DNA from: a virus
Taxonomy: Duplodnaviria > Caudoviricetes
Reading direction: 5' to 3' (one strand)
DNA: 64,000 nucleotides
Virus record (IMG/VR): IMGVR_UViG_3300025154_001556
Below are positions 10,813 to 21,127 of the stretch, piece after piece (position 1 is the first letter of the stretch; each line of letters starts with the position of its first letter). The notes below the pieces were generated by a model. The model searched no databases and was not told where the DNA came from. It worked only from the letters and a program-made list of their open reading frames with translations. Position numbers and translations under genes: made by a program.

Positions 10813-13419
10813 TTACATTATTCGTAGTAATATAGGCTTGGTGGTTATAGTAACACGATGCCTATCTACATCTAAGGTAATACTTTGTCTATCTATTCCA
10901 GCGTCATCTATTGCATATACATTAAGTGACACCTCACCTAATTTTCTAAATACACCTGATTTACACTCGGAGGGAGAGAGTGATTCCAAATCAAACCAAG
11001 GACCGCTACTAGCTATACAGTAAAAACGATAAGTATCAAATAAGTAATTAGCTTGGTCTGATGCGTCTTTAACACGTACAGTTATTTCTACTGTTTGGCC
11101 GAAGTGAAAATCTACCTCTGGTATATACTTAATATGATAACCCTGAGTGATGGTATTTATTATTGGAAGCTTTTTTCTATTATTAACATAGAACTCTAAA
11201 CTGTTTATATCTACTCCTACATTAATATCAAGTAAATCAAATTCTATCTCTGTATCCACAGGTACATCTAGCGCTTCTCTGGCGGGGTACTCATTAATGA
11301 TAAAAGGTGCTTTGTAGTCAGCAATTGTTTTAAACCAATAATCCAACATTATCTTATTTGGTATTGGTGCTTTATCATATACAACAACGAATACATAAAC
11401 AACTGCGTTCGAGTGGAAAAAATTTATTGGTGTGACTGTTATATCCAGTCCAAGCAGCCCACTACCGGCGTCGTAAGTATTTACTACTATATTAGCGGTG
11501 TTGGCGTACTCTACCAGTCCTGTGTCACCTGCGTAAGATACTTCTCTGACTTTAAAAGATAGCGTGGCCGCATCAAGATCATAACCAAACGGTGCCAGTC
11601 TAAGCCATATTGTAGTATCAACACTATTTTTCTCTGACCAGAATTTAGGCACGGCGTCTATTAAAAATCTAAATTGATTTATTGTTACATCATCTTTATG
11701 CCCAGAAGACATGTGCCTACTTATGTAAGTTTGACTAAGCTGCAATGTATCTGTTTTAGGAGATAATTGATCTAACAATAGATCACTTTCAAAATTAGCC
11801 GCTTGCACAAAGTCAGCTTTGCTTGTAAAATCCAAAATTTGTTTTATAAGCGGAGCATTACCAGGCGGCGATGGCTGATCACCATCTCCACCAGGAAACC
11901 AAAATTTGCTCAAAGACTTTAAAACATAAGTTATATAAAGATCTACTAATTGTTTTAAAATGGTATTATTTTCAATGGTATCAAGCTTCTGTGTTATTAT
12001 ACCAGGGTAAGTCATATGAATATATTTTTTTAATAAGTCCAAGGACATAATGCCCCAAACATATTGACTGCCTGTATAAGTGCTTGCTCCCGAAACTTTT
12101 GTGGTTAGACTTATTATATCACAACAAGAATCTGCAATATTAGGATCATACCAACCACTAGTATAGGTCAACGAGGCTAAACCATTACTATCCGTGGTAT
12201 CTTGTTTGTTTATATCGTCGTAGTTACCATTCGAATCACCAGAGACTTTATCAAAATACACCACTATTCCAGATAAAGCGTTGCCATACTGGTCTCTAAC
12301 TAATGCATACATAGTTGTCTGTTCTTGGTTGTGTAGCGTGCTTGATGGTGCCGCCCACATAGCTAATGAATCCACATATGGTATCACACTGTCTTGTTGA
12401 TAATTATAGTTTGCCCATGTGTAGTCAGATTGTGTACCATCGTCATTTCTTAAAGTAGTCTCTTTTTGTAGTCTATATATAACAGTGTTTGTAAACTCTA
12501 TATCATATGTGGTTATTGATGTCATACCATCCGCTTTAACATTTAATATAGATTGTGATTTTTTAACCTCAAAGTCATCTATATCTACATATAGTATGTT
12601 ATTACCTTTAATAAATGCTACTGTATTAGTATAAGGCACACCATACCTAGATGCTATAATATCTTTGTATAAACCACTCCTATGTCTATCTATTATACTT
12701 CCTGAAATTGAGTCCAATCTAAATAGTGTGCCTTTGGTTACATCCCCTGATTCTCCTAAATTACTAAAAAGTAATATATCTTTATAGTACGTTACAGCAT
12801 CAGAAGAATTGTAATAATTATTGGGAGGTGTCGGCGCACCAGATATAGTGGGTACTATATCAACCCTTGTACCTGATACAGCAGTTACCAAGGCCAGTTC
12901 AAAAGCGTTTATATTATTAGCATGGCTACTTGGACCTAAATAAAGTATATCACCAGCAACCATACGTGCAGTACTTGATACATTTATATATCCAGTTCCA
13001 GAAGCGGTGGCGGCAGAAAACGTAGTAGTATAATGTTCCAAAGACGCTGTGTAACAATCAAAATTGTCAGAGCCGCTATCTGTTATATTTAATGTTTGCA
13101 CTAAATCTAATCTATTAGAGGTATTATTTAATTCCCATCGCTTTATAACACAATTAGAGACATCAGTATGCTGTAATGTAAAAAAAGGCATACCATCTGC
13201 TAATATTGAAGTATTTATAGGCCCTGTATAAATAAGAGAATCAACAGTGGAATTTTGTGGTATGGTAGGATTTAAAGTATAGTTTCCTTGTACAGCGCCG
13301 GATGAATTACGTATTTGCAGAACGGCCGCAGCATTAGTGGTATCAATACTGCCAAAAGTATTAATGATGGGTGCTATACAAAAGTTACCATACTTAAAAT
13401 ATATATTTTCATAAGCCAT
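10813..13419 (-). CDS. Tail appendage paralog 3 (868 aa) with Ig-like domains
   Basis: N-terminus MAYENI shared with the upstream paralogs; Big_1-like VRDQYGNALSG...TTDSNGLASLTYTSG; C-terminal APFIINEYP...DTEIEFDL Ig-like domain. Confidence 0.65.
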   Translation of the reverse strand: MAYENIYFKYGNFCIAPIINTFGSIDTTNAAAVLQIRNSSGAVQGNYTLNPTIPQNSTVDSLIYTGPINTSILADGMPFFTLQHTDVSNCVIKRWELNNTSNRLDLVQTLNITDSGSDNFDCYTASLEHYTTTFSAATASGTGYINVSSTARMVAGDILYLGPSSHANNINAFELALVTAVSGTRVDIVPTISGAPTPPNNYYNSSDAVTYYKDILLFSNLGESGDVTKGTLFRLDSISGSIIDRHRSGLYKDIIASRYGVPYTNTVAFIKGNNILYVDIDDFEVKKSQSILNVKADGMTSITTYDIEFTNTVIYRLQKETTLRNDDGTQSDYTWANYNYQQDSVIPYVDSLAMWAAPSSTLHNQEQTTMYALVRDQYGNALSGIVVYFDKVSGDSNGNYDDINKQDTTDSNGLASLTYTSGWYDPNIADSCCDIISLTTKVSGASTYTGSQYVWGIMSLDLLKKYIHMTYPGIITQKLDTIENNTILKQLVDLYITYVLKSLSKFWFPGGDGDQPSPPGNAPLIKQILDFTSKADFVQAANFESDLLLDQLSPKTDTLQLSQTYISRHMSSGHKDDVTINQFRFLIDAVPKFWSEKNSVDTTIWLRLAPFGYDLDAATLSFKVREVSYAGDTGLVEYANTANIVVNTYDAGSGLLGLDITVTPINFFHSNAVVYVFVVVYDKAPIPNKIMLDYWFKTIADYKAPFIINEYPAREALDVPVDTEIEFDLLDINVGVDINSLEFYVNNRKKLPIINTITQGYHIKYIPEVDFHFGQTVEITVRVKDASDQANYLFDTYRFYCIASSGPWFDLESLSPSECKSGVFRKLGEVSLNVYAIDDAGIDRQSITLDVDRHRVTITTKPILLRIM

Positions 13420-13427
13420 AAATTGCC

Positions 13428-16400
13428 TCAGTCATATTGGGTGGCTGTACCTTCTATAATTACAGGTGTTACATCAGTTCCTGATTTATAAACTGTTACT
13501 GCTTTTCCTGTATTATAGTATTGATCTGTATAGACTTGTGGTGTAGTTATATAGCCTATGGTGTTGTTATCTGTAAATGATACCGGTTTATTAATCATAC
13601 CATTACCGTACTGATCTTGAACAATGGCAGTTATTACGGAAACGCTTTTACCATCTGCCGGAAGTATTAACGGGTTTGCGCCTAGTGATATAAAATCTAC
13701 AAAAGGTCTTATAGGAGATGTTTGGTAATTGTATGTAGCCCAACTATTATCAACCCCATAATAGGTGGCTTCTAATTGTAATCTATACATAGTGTCCTTA
13801 TTTATAGCTAAGTCATAAATGGCTATATTAGTTACCTGATCAGCCCTTACGTTGTCCATATTCATAACACCAAATAGTTCTGTGGTTAACTCTCCCACGT
13901 AGCCTTTGCCAGATGTATATATTAAATCATCGAAATAAACAGCACTATTTATCATAGAAACAGCTTCCGCACCCAAAGCTAATGTAGCTTGGCTACCATA
14001 GTCAGTTGCAATATGTAATGAATTCCAAGTATCGTTGTATATGCCTGAGGTAGTAGTTTTATACTCAAAAGCCAAATTAGCACCATTTTTATTTATTTTT
14101 AATAAATAAGTAGGGTACGTAGTTAAACCAGAGTACAGATGCGTTTTTTCAATTAAGGTATCATTAGTTTTAATATAAGCATAAATATTTTCATAAGGTG
14201 CCTCAGAATAATCTACCACCTCATATGTTTTTATACTTATGTTATCCAACCCAGTACCAGCATCTCCTGTATACACGGCTTGCGATTGTAAATAAGCCTC
14301 TACTGGCAAATCTGCACCAGCAGCTGGACCTATGTAATCCCAATTAGTGGGCTCTAAACTACCATCTATCCATACCTTAAAATATATGAAATCGTCTGAA
14401 CGAGCTATACGTATATTATACCAATAACCGTAATATATATAATAATTATATTTATAACTGGTGTATATTGTGGTTACTACACCGCTAATAGATTTATTTA
14501 GACTAATGTAATTAGTACCTGTTAAATATGAATTAGTGTTCATATATACGTATAATTTATTATTAGCATCAAAGTAAATTGGGGATACTATGTATTGATC
14601 AGCATTAACTCCTCTACCGTGGTTCTTAAATTTAAAGAATACTTCCCACTTTGTACCGTAGTAAACAGTGTCATTAGTGATAGATGTAGCACCGTCTGTG
14701 ATGTGGTTCATGTACCCAGCGGTATACACAGTTGTAGGTATAGTGTCTGTCCACTGTGCGTTAGATAAAGAAAAATCGTCATTAAATACATTAGTAGTTG
14801 CATCAGTAGTAACTAAATTTGATATGTATACATTATCAAGACCTGTGCCATTTATTGATGTGTATTGTGCCCAAGAATAAAAACGGCTTTGGCTAGGCAA
14901 ATTTGAGGCCACAGTACTATCACTGATGTAATCCCAAATAACAGGCTCAGTAACACCTGCCATCCAAACCCTAAAATATATTTTACCATTAGTTACTAGC
15001 AATCTAACGTAAAACCAAGTACCATACAAATCATAATAATTATATTTTTGATCTTTATATAAGGAAGTACTACCGCCCCCTATTATTTTAATTAATTCCA
15101 CATTATATGTAGTAGAACTGTAATTATACATAATTACAGACAAACGATTATTAACGTCGATGTATAGTGGATTTACAATATAGGTTGAATCTCCTATTCC
15201 CCGCCCGGCATTTTTAAACATAAAAAGCACATTGTAATTAGTACCGTAGACTATTTCTTCTATGGTCCTAGTTAGTGCCCCATCAGTGGTTTGTTTAAGA
15301 TATCCTAAGGAATAGTCGGCGGTGCCAGTTACATTTTGCCAATTTACACCACCAGATAAAAAATTATCTTTAAATATGGTGTCTAAATAATTAATTTCCT
15401 GAACCACACCAAAATTATACGTATTATTAGATGAGCTATCTATTTCAACATAGTGCTCTAAATAACCAGGTGTTCCTGAAAAAGTGGTTAAACTTCCAAC
15501 AGTACCACTAACTTGAACTTCAAAATCACCCATTAAATAATAATTAGACTCAATAGAACTATGGCCATTAGCCGAGGTACTACAAGATAACATATTATTT
15601 AGTATTTCTGGGGAACCATTAGTAATAGACCATAAAGAGCTGTTTGGATCTGAATGGTCAACACCATTAAAATTATCATTAAAGCTGGACGCAGCTGTTA
15701 AATTAACGAGGTTAGACATATCCAATAATTTAGCATTGGTATTTTTAACATAGACCAGCGTATGTGCGTCAGGATGATCAGGAAGCACATTTTGAAGTCT
15801 ATAAAAGGTGGCTGCAGTTACGTCTTTATAGTCTAAATCAACTGCAGCAGATAAAAGATGGCCGGAATAAGAATCGAATCTAAATAAAGTGCCTTTTAGT
15901 GGGTCTACACCATCATAATTATTAAACACAAAAAAGCTATTACACAAACACACTAAATCGTCATTATTATATTTATACAGTGTACTGTCAGTTAATGTTA
16001 TTTGCCCGCCTATAACGGTGGCTACTTCCACTTCTTCACGCTGTTGGTAGCTATTTGGCCCAAGTATTAATTTAGTACCTACGGTTATTACACTATCATA
16101 ATATTCATTTATATATAAAACATTGGTGTGTGTGTTGGCTATTGATGTTATATATGTTTTATAATACTCTACTCCAAAAGCTTCCGCGGAATAAGTATAT
16201 ACAGTATTGCTTATATATTCAAAAGAATCTATCAATACACATATAAAATTTATAATTGCCCATTTTTTAAATAATAAACCACCTGATGGATGGTTTTGTA
16301 AAGACCACAAGTAATAACCGTCGTACTGTAAACTTTTAACTGCAGTACCTATTATAGTATCGGTGGGATACTCAAAAGCGGTAGAACCGTCGTCTACTTT

Positions 16401-16496
16401 ACATATTAAACTGTTTTTTATATAGTCTAAAAAATAGAAATAGCCATCTATTACTACAAAGTTAGCTTTTGATAACTTGATGTTTTCATATGCCAT
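13428..16496 (-). CDS. Tail appendage paralog 2 (1022 aa) with lectin-like beta-sandwich inserts and C-terminal Big_1-like domain
   Basis: Clear similarity to the 623-aa ORF (NFVVIDGYFY/NFTTLDGYFL; DDGSTAFEYPTDT/DDGNTAFSYPLDT); two tandem ~190-aa internal repeats; VQDQYGNGMINKPVSF. Confidence 0.7.
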   Translation of the reverse strand: MAYENIKLSKANFVVIDGYFYFLDYIKNSLICKVDDGSTAFEYPTDTIIGTAVKSLQYDGYYLWSLQNHPSGGLLFKKWAIINFICVLIDSFEYISNTVYTYSAEAFGVEYYKTYITSIANTHTNVLYINEYYDSVITVGTKLILGPNSYQQREEVEVATVIGGQITLTDSTLYKYNNDDLVCLCNSFFVFNNYDGVDPLKGTLFRFDSYSGHLLSAAVDLDYKDVTAATFYRLQNVLPDHPDAHTLVYVKNTNAKLLDMSNLVNLTAASSFNDNFNGVDHSDPNSSLWSITNGSPEILNNMLSCSTSANGHSSIESNYYLMGDFEVQVSGTVGSLTTFSGTPGYLEHYVEIDSSSNNTYNFGVVQEINYLDTIFKDNFLSGGVNWQNVTGTADYSLGYLKQTTDGALTRTIEEIVYGTNYNVLFMFKNAGRGIGDSTYIVNPLYIDVNNRLSVIMYNYSSTTYNVELIKIIGGGSTSLYKDQKYNYYDLYGTWFYVRLLVTNGKIYFRVWMAGVTEPVIWDYISDSTVASNLPSQSRFYSWAQYTSINGTGLDNVYISNLVTTDATTNVFNDDFSLSNAQWTDTIPTTVYTAGYMNHITDGATSITNDTVYYGTKWEVFFKFKNHGRGVNADQYIVSPIYFDANNKLYVYMNTNSYLTGTNYISLNKSISGVVTTIYTSYKYNYYIYYGYWYNIRIARSDDFIYFKVWIDGSLEPTNWDYIGPAAGADLPVEAYLQSQAVYTGDAGTGLDNISIKTYEVVDYSEAPYENIYAYIKTNDTLIEKTHLYSGLTTYPTYLLKINKNGANLAFEYKTTTSGIYNDTWNSLHIATDYGSQATLALGAEAVSMINSAVYFDDLIYTSGKGYVGELTTELFGVMNMDNVRADQVTNIAIYDLAINKDTMYRLQLEATYYGVDNSWATYNYQTSPIRPFVDFISLGANPLILPADGKSVSVITAIVQDQYGNGMINKPVSFTDNNTIGYITTPQVYTDQYYNTGKAVTVYKSGTDVTPVIIEGTATQYD

Positions 16497-16507
16497 TACA
16501 GGCCTCT

Positions 16508-18379
16508 TTAATTGGTCTGTTCAACAACAGCGGTTATAGTAACCTCACTGGCAACAACACCTGCTCTATATACTGTTTGGGCCATACCATCGGAGTCTGT
16601 ATTAATTTGTGTCCCTGCTGTTATAGCACCATCTCCGTTCTCAGAAAAAGTTACTCTTCTGCCGGCAATAGGTTGCAAAAACTGGTCCTTTACATAGGCG
16701 GTGATATCCGACGTACTTAGATTATTGGCGGCTATTATGGCCGGTGATGCGGACAACGATATAGAAGTTACGAACGAGGATAGTGGCGACAATTGGTAGT
16801 TATATCCAGACATACTACCACCACCGTCCTCTATATTTTGTAATCTATAAACATTATTATTATCTATTGCTAAATCATATACGGGGATAACTGTGATTTC
16901 ATCACTTTGTATGTTTTCCATAACCATAGACCCGTAAAAGGGTAAATTAGTCGCGGTTACATACCAAACAGATTCCCCTGTGTTGTAAACCAGGTCATCG
17001 AAAGCGGCTGTTACTGTACTACCTAATGTATTTTTTAAACCGAGCAAAAGTTTGCATTCGGTATCGAACATTTGTACGGTACCCATAAAACCCCAATCTT
17101 CTACCCCCTTTTTATAGTAGAAACTTACATTATCCGCAGCCCTACTAACTCTAAACATATAGTTATCAACTAAACCACCCCCACTATATGTGGCTGGGAC
17201 ACTGTAATCTATATTTTTAGTGGCTTTATATGATGTGACATTAAAATTATTTATACCAGATTGGGTGGCTGTTTCATTATTATTAGCCCTAGCTATATAA
17301 CAATATCTATTAGTTTCATTTGGAAACCATAAACCAAACATATGTGTAAAGTAGTTAGCGCCAGAATAAGTAGTATTATAGCTGTTTAAAGAACCCGTAA
17401 CAGTAACATCAAAATTACCTCTTAGATAATAATCAGAAATAATACTTTCTTGTCCTGAGGCAGTACTTGTGTATAATTGATTGCTTTGGATTGTTGGGGT
17501 ACCTAAAAGTACATCCCATTTATCTGTATCTGGGACAGAACCATTGGCTGCTGTAAAAGAGTCATTAGACTCAGTAGCATCGTATAACATAGCTAAATTT
17601 GAGGAAGTATTTACAAATAAAGTGTTTGTACCTTTAATATATGCTAATGTATCCACAGAGCCATAAGCAGAGAAAGCGCTTATCTTATGAAAAGTACATG
17701 CTGTAATATCTTTATATTGTCCGCCAGCGTATTTAGTTATATAAGCCCCTGTATGTGAGTCTAGCTTATACAAAGCCCCAGTACTGGTATCCACACCATT
17801 ACTGTTATTTAGTAACCATAGGTATTTATTAAATCCCACAGCATCATTTGAATCATAACCATACACTAGCGGAGTAGTTAAACTAACACCACCAAATATA
17901 GTACCAGATACTGTAACTAACTCATAATCATTATTAGAATTAGGGCCAATGTATAAAACACAACCGTTTATTATTTCTGGTGTATTAGAATATTCATTTA
18001 AATAAATTTCAGTAGATCCAGATGTTACAGAGGCTGTTAGCGTTGTATGATAATGTTCGACAGAAAAAGTATTGGCATTATAAGTATGACTGCCGTCATT
18101 TGTTAAAGTTATTGTTTGTTGCAGTTTACAAACATAATTATCTATTAGCCAACGCCTAATTATCCTACCATCTGCTTTTGATTCCAAAGTCCAAAAGTAC
18201 AGCCCATCGTATTCAGTGCTAAGTATAGTTTGTGTTAATACAGTGTCTAATGGATAAGAAAAAGCAGTATTACCATCATCAGTTTTTTGTAGCAATGCAT
18301 CTTGATCTTCATCAAATGTTAAAAAATAACCATCTAATGTGGTAAAATTAGGTTTTCTTAACTTAATATTATCTGCCAT
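16508..18379 (-). CDS. Tail appendage paralog 1 (623 aa) with lectin-like domain and C-terminal Big_1-like domain
   Basis: LSASPAIIAANNLSTSDITAYVKDQF...VTF...NTDSDGMAQTVY is invasin/Big_1-like; paralog of the next two genes. Confidence 0.7.
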   Translation of the reverse strand: MADNIKLRKPNFTTLDGYFLTFDEDQDALLQKTDDGNTAFSYPLDTVLTQTILSTEYDGLYFWTLESKADGRIIRRWLIDNYVCKLQQTITLTNDGSHTYNANTFSVEHYHTTLTASVTSGSTEIYLNEYSNTPEIINGCVLYIGPNSNNDYELVTVSGTIFGGVSLTTPLVYGYDSNDAVGFNKYLWLLNNSNGVDTSTGALYKLDSHTGAYITKYAGGQYKDITACTFHKISAFSAYGSVDTLAYIKGTNTLFVNTSSNLAMLYDATESNDSFTAANGSVPDTDKWDVLLGTPTIQSNQLYTSTASGQESIISDYYLRGNFDVTVTGSLNSYNTTYSGANYFTHMFGLWFPNETNRYCYIARANNNETATQSGINNFNVTSYKATKNIDYSVPATYSGGGLVDNYMFRVSRAADNVSFYYKKGVEDWGFMGTVQMFDTECKLLLGLKNTLGSTVTAAFDDLVYNTGESVWYVTATNLPFYGSMVMENIQSDEITVIPVYDLAIDNNNVYRLQNIEDGGGSMSGYNYQLSPLSSFVTSISLSASPAIIAANNLSTSDITAYVKDQFLQPIAGRRVTFSENGDGAITAGTQINTDSDGMAQTVYRAGVVASEVTITAVVEQTN

Positions 18380-18389
18380 CTATAAACTC

Positions 18390-18887
18390 CTAGTTAAAAG
18401 GATTTTTCCAACTAATCAAATATTCATAAGGATCGCCTGAAATACTAATTTGATCTGTTATATCAAAATCAACTGTGCCGTTATTTAGTGTAACTTTCAT
18501 AGATGATAGATCTATACCAGAAGAAGGTAAACTATCCTTTATCTTAAAAGAAATTAACGAGTTAGGTAATACACCAACACCAGTGGGCGTTATATCAACA
18601 ACCTCTGGTGCGTATTTATCTTGCTCAAATTCTGTCCAATCTATATATTTACAAAGAGAAGCTATTGCTTTTTCAATTTCGGCATCTAGTGTTTTTTCTG
18701 TGATACCGTAAACTATTTTTGTTGGTACTTTACCGCCGTTAGCGGCGGGGTAAGTGGTTCCAACCTCTAATACCCATTTAGCATCTCCTTCTGCATCTTT
18801 GTTTTTAAGGGTGTACTGTTTAAAAGTAAAATTAAATTTTACTCCTTTTTTAGCATTAAGGCTGTGTCTTACAAATACCTCTGCCAT
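18390..18887 (-). CDS. Small structural protein with C-terminal Ig-like domain
   Basis: DKYAPEVVDITP...ISFKIKD...GIDLSSMKVTLN resembles the C-terminal domain of the 868-aa ORF. Confidence 0.55.
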   Translation of the reverse strand: MAEVFVRHSLNAKKGVKFNFTFKQYTLKNKDAEGDAKWVLEVGTTYPAANGGKVPTKIVYGITEKTLDAEIEKAIASLCKYIDWTEFEQDKYAPEVVDITPTGVGVLPNSLISFKIKDSLPSSGIDLSSMKVTLNNGTVDFDITDQISISGDPYEYLISWKNPFN

Positions 18888-18889
18888 AA

Positions 18890-19870
18890 TTATGAACTAT
18901 AATCTATCAAATTGATTATATTTTTAACACCGTATCTAATAACTGAATCAACTGAGGAACACCAAGCTGTGGGTGTATTATCAGGATCTTGTTCTTTTAA
19001 AACTTGTAATTTAGTACCAGACGCTGTTGTATAATTATGTGCTACGCCAGTAAAACCATTTGTAACCAAAGTAGGTATAGTAAGTACTGTTTTTGTAATA
19101 TCCACAGATATAGCAGTAAAGTAATCTGAATTATTACCGTCTGTTATTATTAGGCTATCACCATTCTTTACGCCAGTTCCGGCACCTATTGTCATTGTAG
19201 AAGTATTAGCAGTGTAGTCGGCGGCTAATAACGTTTCACCTACGGTAGTAGATGCAATATCCTCACTTGTAATGGAAAGATTAAAACCTAAAAGCACAGA
19301 GCAGTCGTTTGACGTTGCAGGAGCTACTTTTACTGCAGATCTATAATCCCCTGTATAATAACGACCTATTGTACCAGAGGTTATCCAAAAACGTCCGTCT
19401 CTAAATTCTACCGCAGCATTTTTATATGCTAATTGATAGCCTGTATCGGCAGTAACACAAGTGATGGCTCTAATTTTAGCCTCAATATCTTCTGCAACAA
19501 CATCCCCACTAATAGATAAACCGCCGGCATCGTAATTTAATGTAATGGTGTAATAACCTGAACCGTCCTCACCTGCAGAAGTGTTGTCCATTTTTATGCG
19601 TAATTTATTGTGGGTAGCATCCAATGCGAACTTACCACTAATGCCGGCTAAACCAGATGATTTACACCAGCCAATATCAAAGTCTGTTATGTATAGCGCC
19701 TGAATGGCTGTATTAACAGTATTATCGCTATAAGCTGATGTCGATATTTTTATAACAAACTGTTCATCACCATCATACCCGATTGGGGTGATAGTTGCTT
19801 GATCTACGGTTACTCTTTTTATTGTCCCTGGATATTGATCTATATCCTGTGTATCAATTTGAATGGCCAT
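18890..19870 (-). CDS. Structural protein (326 aa), domain-level paralog of the 517-aa ORF
   Basis: AAGGAG RBS; HNKLRIKMD...VVAEDIEAKI...FWITSGTIG...LLGFN aligns with NNRLYLSMD...FVARDITEKM...FQIYSGTMG...TLGFS. Confidence 0.6.
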   Translation of the reverse strand: MAIQIDTQDIDQYPGTIKRVTVDQATITPIGYDGDEQFVIKISTSAYSDNTVNTAIQALYITDFDIGWCKSSGLAGISGKFALDATHNKLRIKMDNTSAGEDGSGYYTITLNYDAGGLSISGDVVAEDIEAKIRAITCVTADTGYQLAYKNAAVEFRDGRFWITSGTIGRYYTGDYRSAVKVAPATSNDCSVLLGFNLSITSEDIASTTVGETLLAADYTANTSTMTIGAGTGVKNGDSLIITDGNNSDYFTAISVDITKTVLTIPTLVTNGFTGVAHNYTTASGTKLQVLKEQDPDNTPTAWCSSVDSVIRYGVKNIINLIDYSS

Positions 19871-19896
19871 GGTAAATTTCTCCTTTTATAATAATT

Positions 19897-20796
19897 TCAA
19901 CACTTTAACTCTGAATAATTACAGCCAGGCAGTTTATGTGCTTTTTTATGGCAGTCTTTACAAAATGTTATGCAGTTAGCAACATCGGCAGATTCTATGG
20001 GGTTGTTGATTACAGGGTCGATGTGGTGACAGTGTAATTCAACCTCAGTTTTTCCGCATTTTTGGCATGTCCAGTTGTCTCTTTCTAGTACTAATTTTCT
20101 TAGTGCCGGTTGTACTTCACGGGAAGTAGCTGGCTTAAATCCTTTTGGGTATGTATGCTGCTTATATATAGAACAAGCATTTTTGCATTGTTCTGAGCAG
20201 TAAAATCGCTGGTCCCCTAGCCTGGTCCCTTCTAAGCAACCCAATCTATGATTTATTTCATCTATATTAGGTACAGTTACTTTATTGCAATACTCGCAAT
20301 GTACACCTAATAAGATAAATCCAGCCTCGTGAGTCACTTCCTTTATTTCATGAAAAGGAGCTAGCCTTTTCATATAAGTGCTATATAAAGGTAAACGTAT
20401 TTTTCCAATACCCTCTTTCCAAGTTCCGCCGCAGATTCTGCATCTATGCCCTTGCTTCCAACGATCCCAAGTCATGGAATAGGTATGCCCGTTGTTACAT
20501 ATAAAAAGTAATTTTTGTTTAGCATTAATATATGTTTTTGTAAGTAGTTGGTAGCCCGCTTGCTCAAAAGATTTCTTTACTTCTTTAAAAGCAACTGGAG
20601 CGTTATGTGCACAGTCTGGGCATCTATATCCAGTAACCCAATTTCCCCAGGTAATACTATTTTTATGCCCAAAAGGACATATGTAATGCATCTTGGTTTT
20701 AGCATTTATATATGTCTTATCTATAAGTATATATCCCTCAACTTCAAAATTATTACGCACAAAACAATATTCTATTTTTTTAGGCATAGTAATCAC
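19897..20796 (-). CDS. Free-standing HNH endonuclease with N-terminal zinc-ribbon repeats
   Basis: VLERDNWTCQKCG...LHCHHID...NCITFCKDCHKKAH (HNH); repeats CPFGH...CPDC and CNNGH...CRIC; Lys-rich, unlike its neighbours. Confidence 0.9.
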   Translation of the reverse strand: MITMPKKIEYCFVRNNFEVEGYILIDKTYINAKTKMHYICPFGHKNSITWGNWVTGYRCPDCAHNAPVAFKEVKKSFEQAGYQLLTKTYINAKQKLLFICNNGHTYSMTWDRWKQGHRCRICGGTWKEGIGKIRLPLYSTYMKRLAPFHEIKEVTHEAGFILLGVHCEYCNKVTVPNIDEINHRLGCLEGTRLGDQRFYCSEQCKNACSIYKQHTYPKGFKPATSREVQPALRKLVLERDNWTCQKCGKTEVELHCHHIDPVINNPIESADVANCITFCKDCHKKAHKLPGCNYSELKC

Positions 20797-21125
20797 TTAT
20801 AAAAATAGCTTCTTCCGTTAGTTAGTAAATATGGGCAATTATCGAAAGTACACGCATAGCCCCAGGAATTTCTTCTATCTGGAGACATGTAGTATACTTT
20901 ACCAGCATCGTCAGTGTGGTCTACCTTAGTGGGTACAATACCCAGCCTATGAGCACTACGTAAGTCGTCACTTTGTGTAGAGTATGGACAAGGGTTCCAT
21001 TTATTACCTACATGTTGGTCTTTTTTATACTGTGGTAAATTGCCATAAGCAGTGGTACCATGAGTTACTTCCCACAATTCTTGTGCGGTACCACTAAATG
21101 TTAAGCATACAGTGCATCCTGGCAT
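20793..21125 (-). CDS. Small Cys-containing hypothetical protein
   Basis: CTVC, CPYS, CTFDNCPY; translationally coupled to the HNH gene. Confidence 0.6.
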   Translation of the reverse strand: MPGCTVCLTFSGTAQELWEVTHGTTAYGNLPQYKKDQHVGNKWNPCPYSTQSDDLRSAHRLGIVPTKVDHTDDAGKVYYMSPDRRNSWGYACTFDNCPYLLTNGRSYFYK

Positions 21126-21127
21126 AG

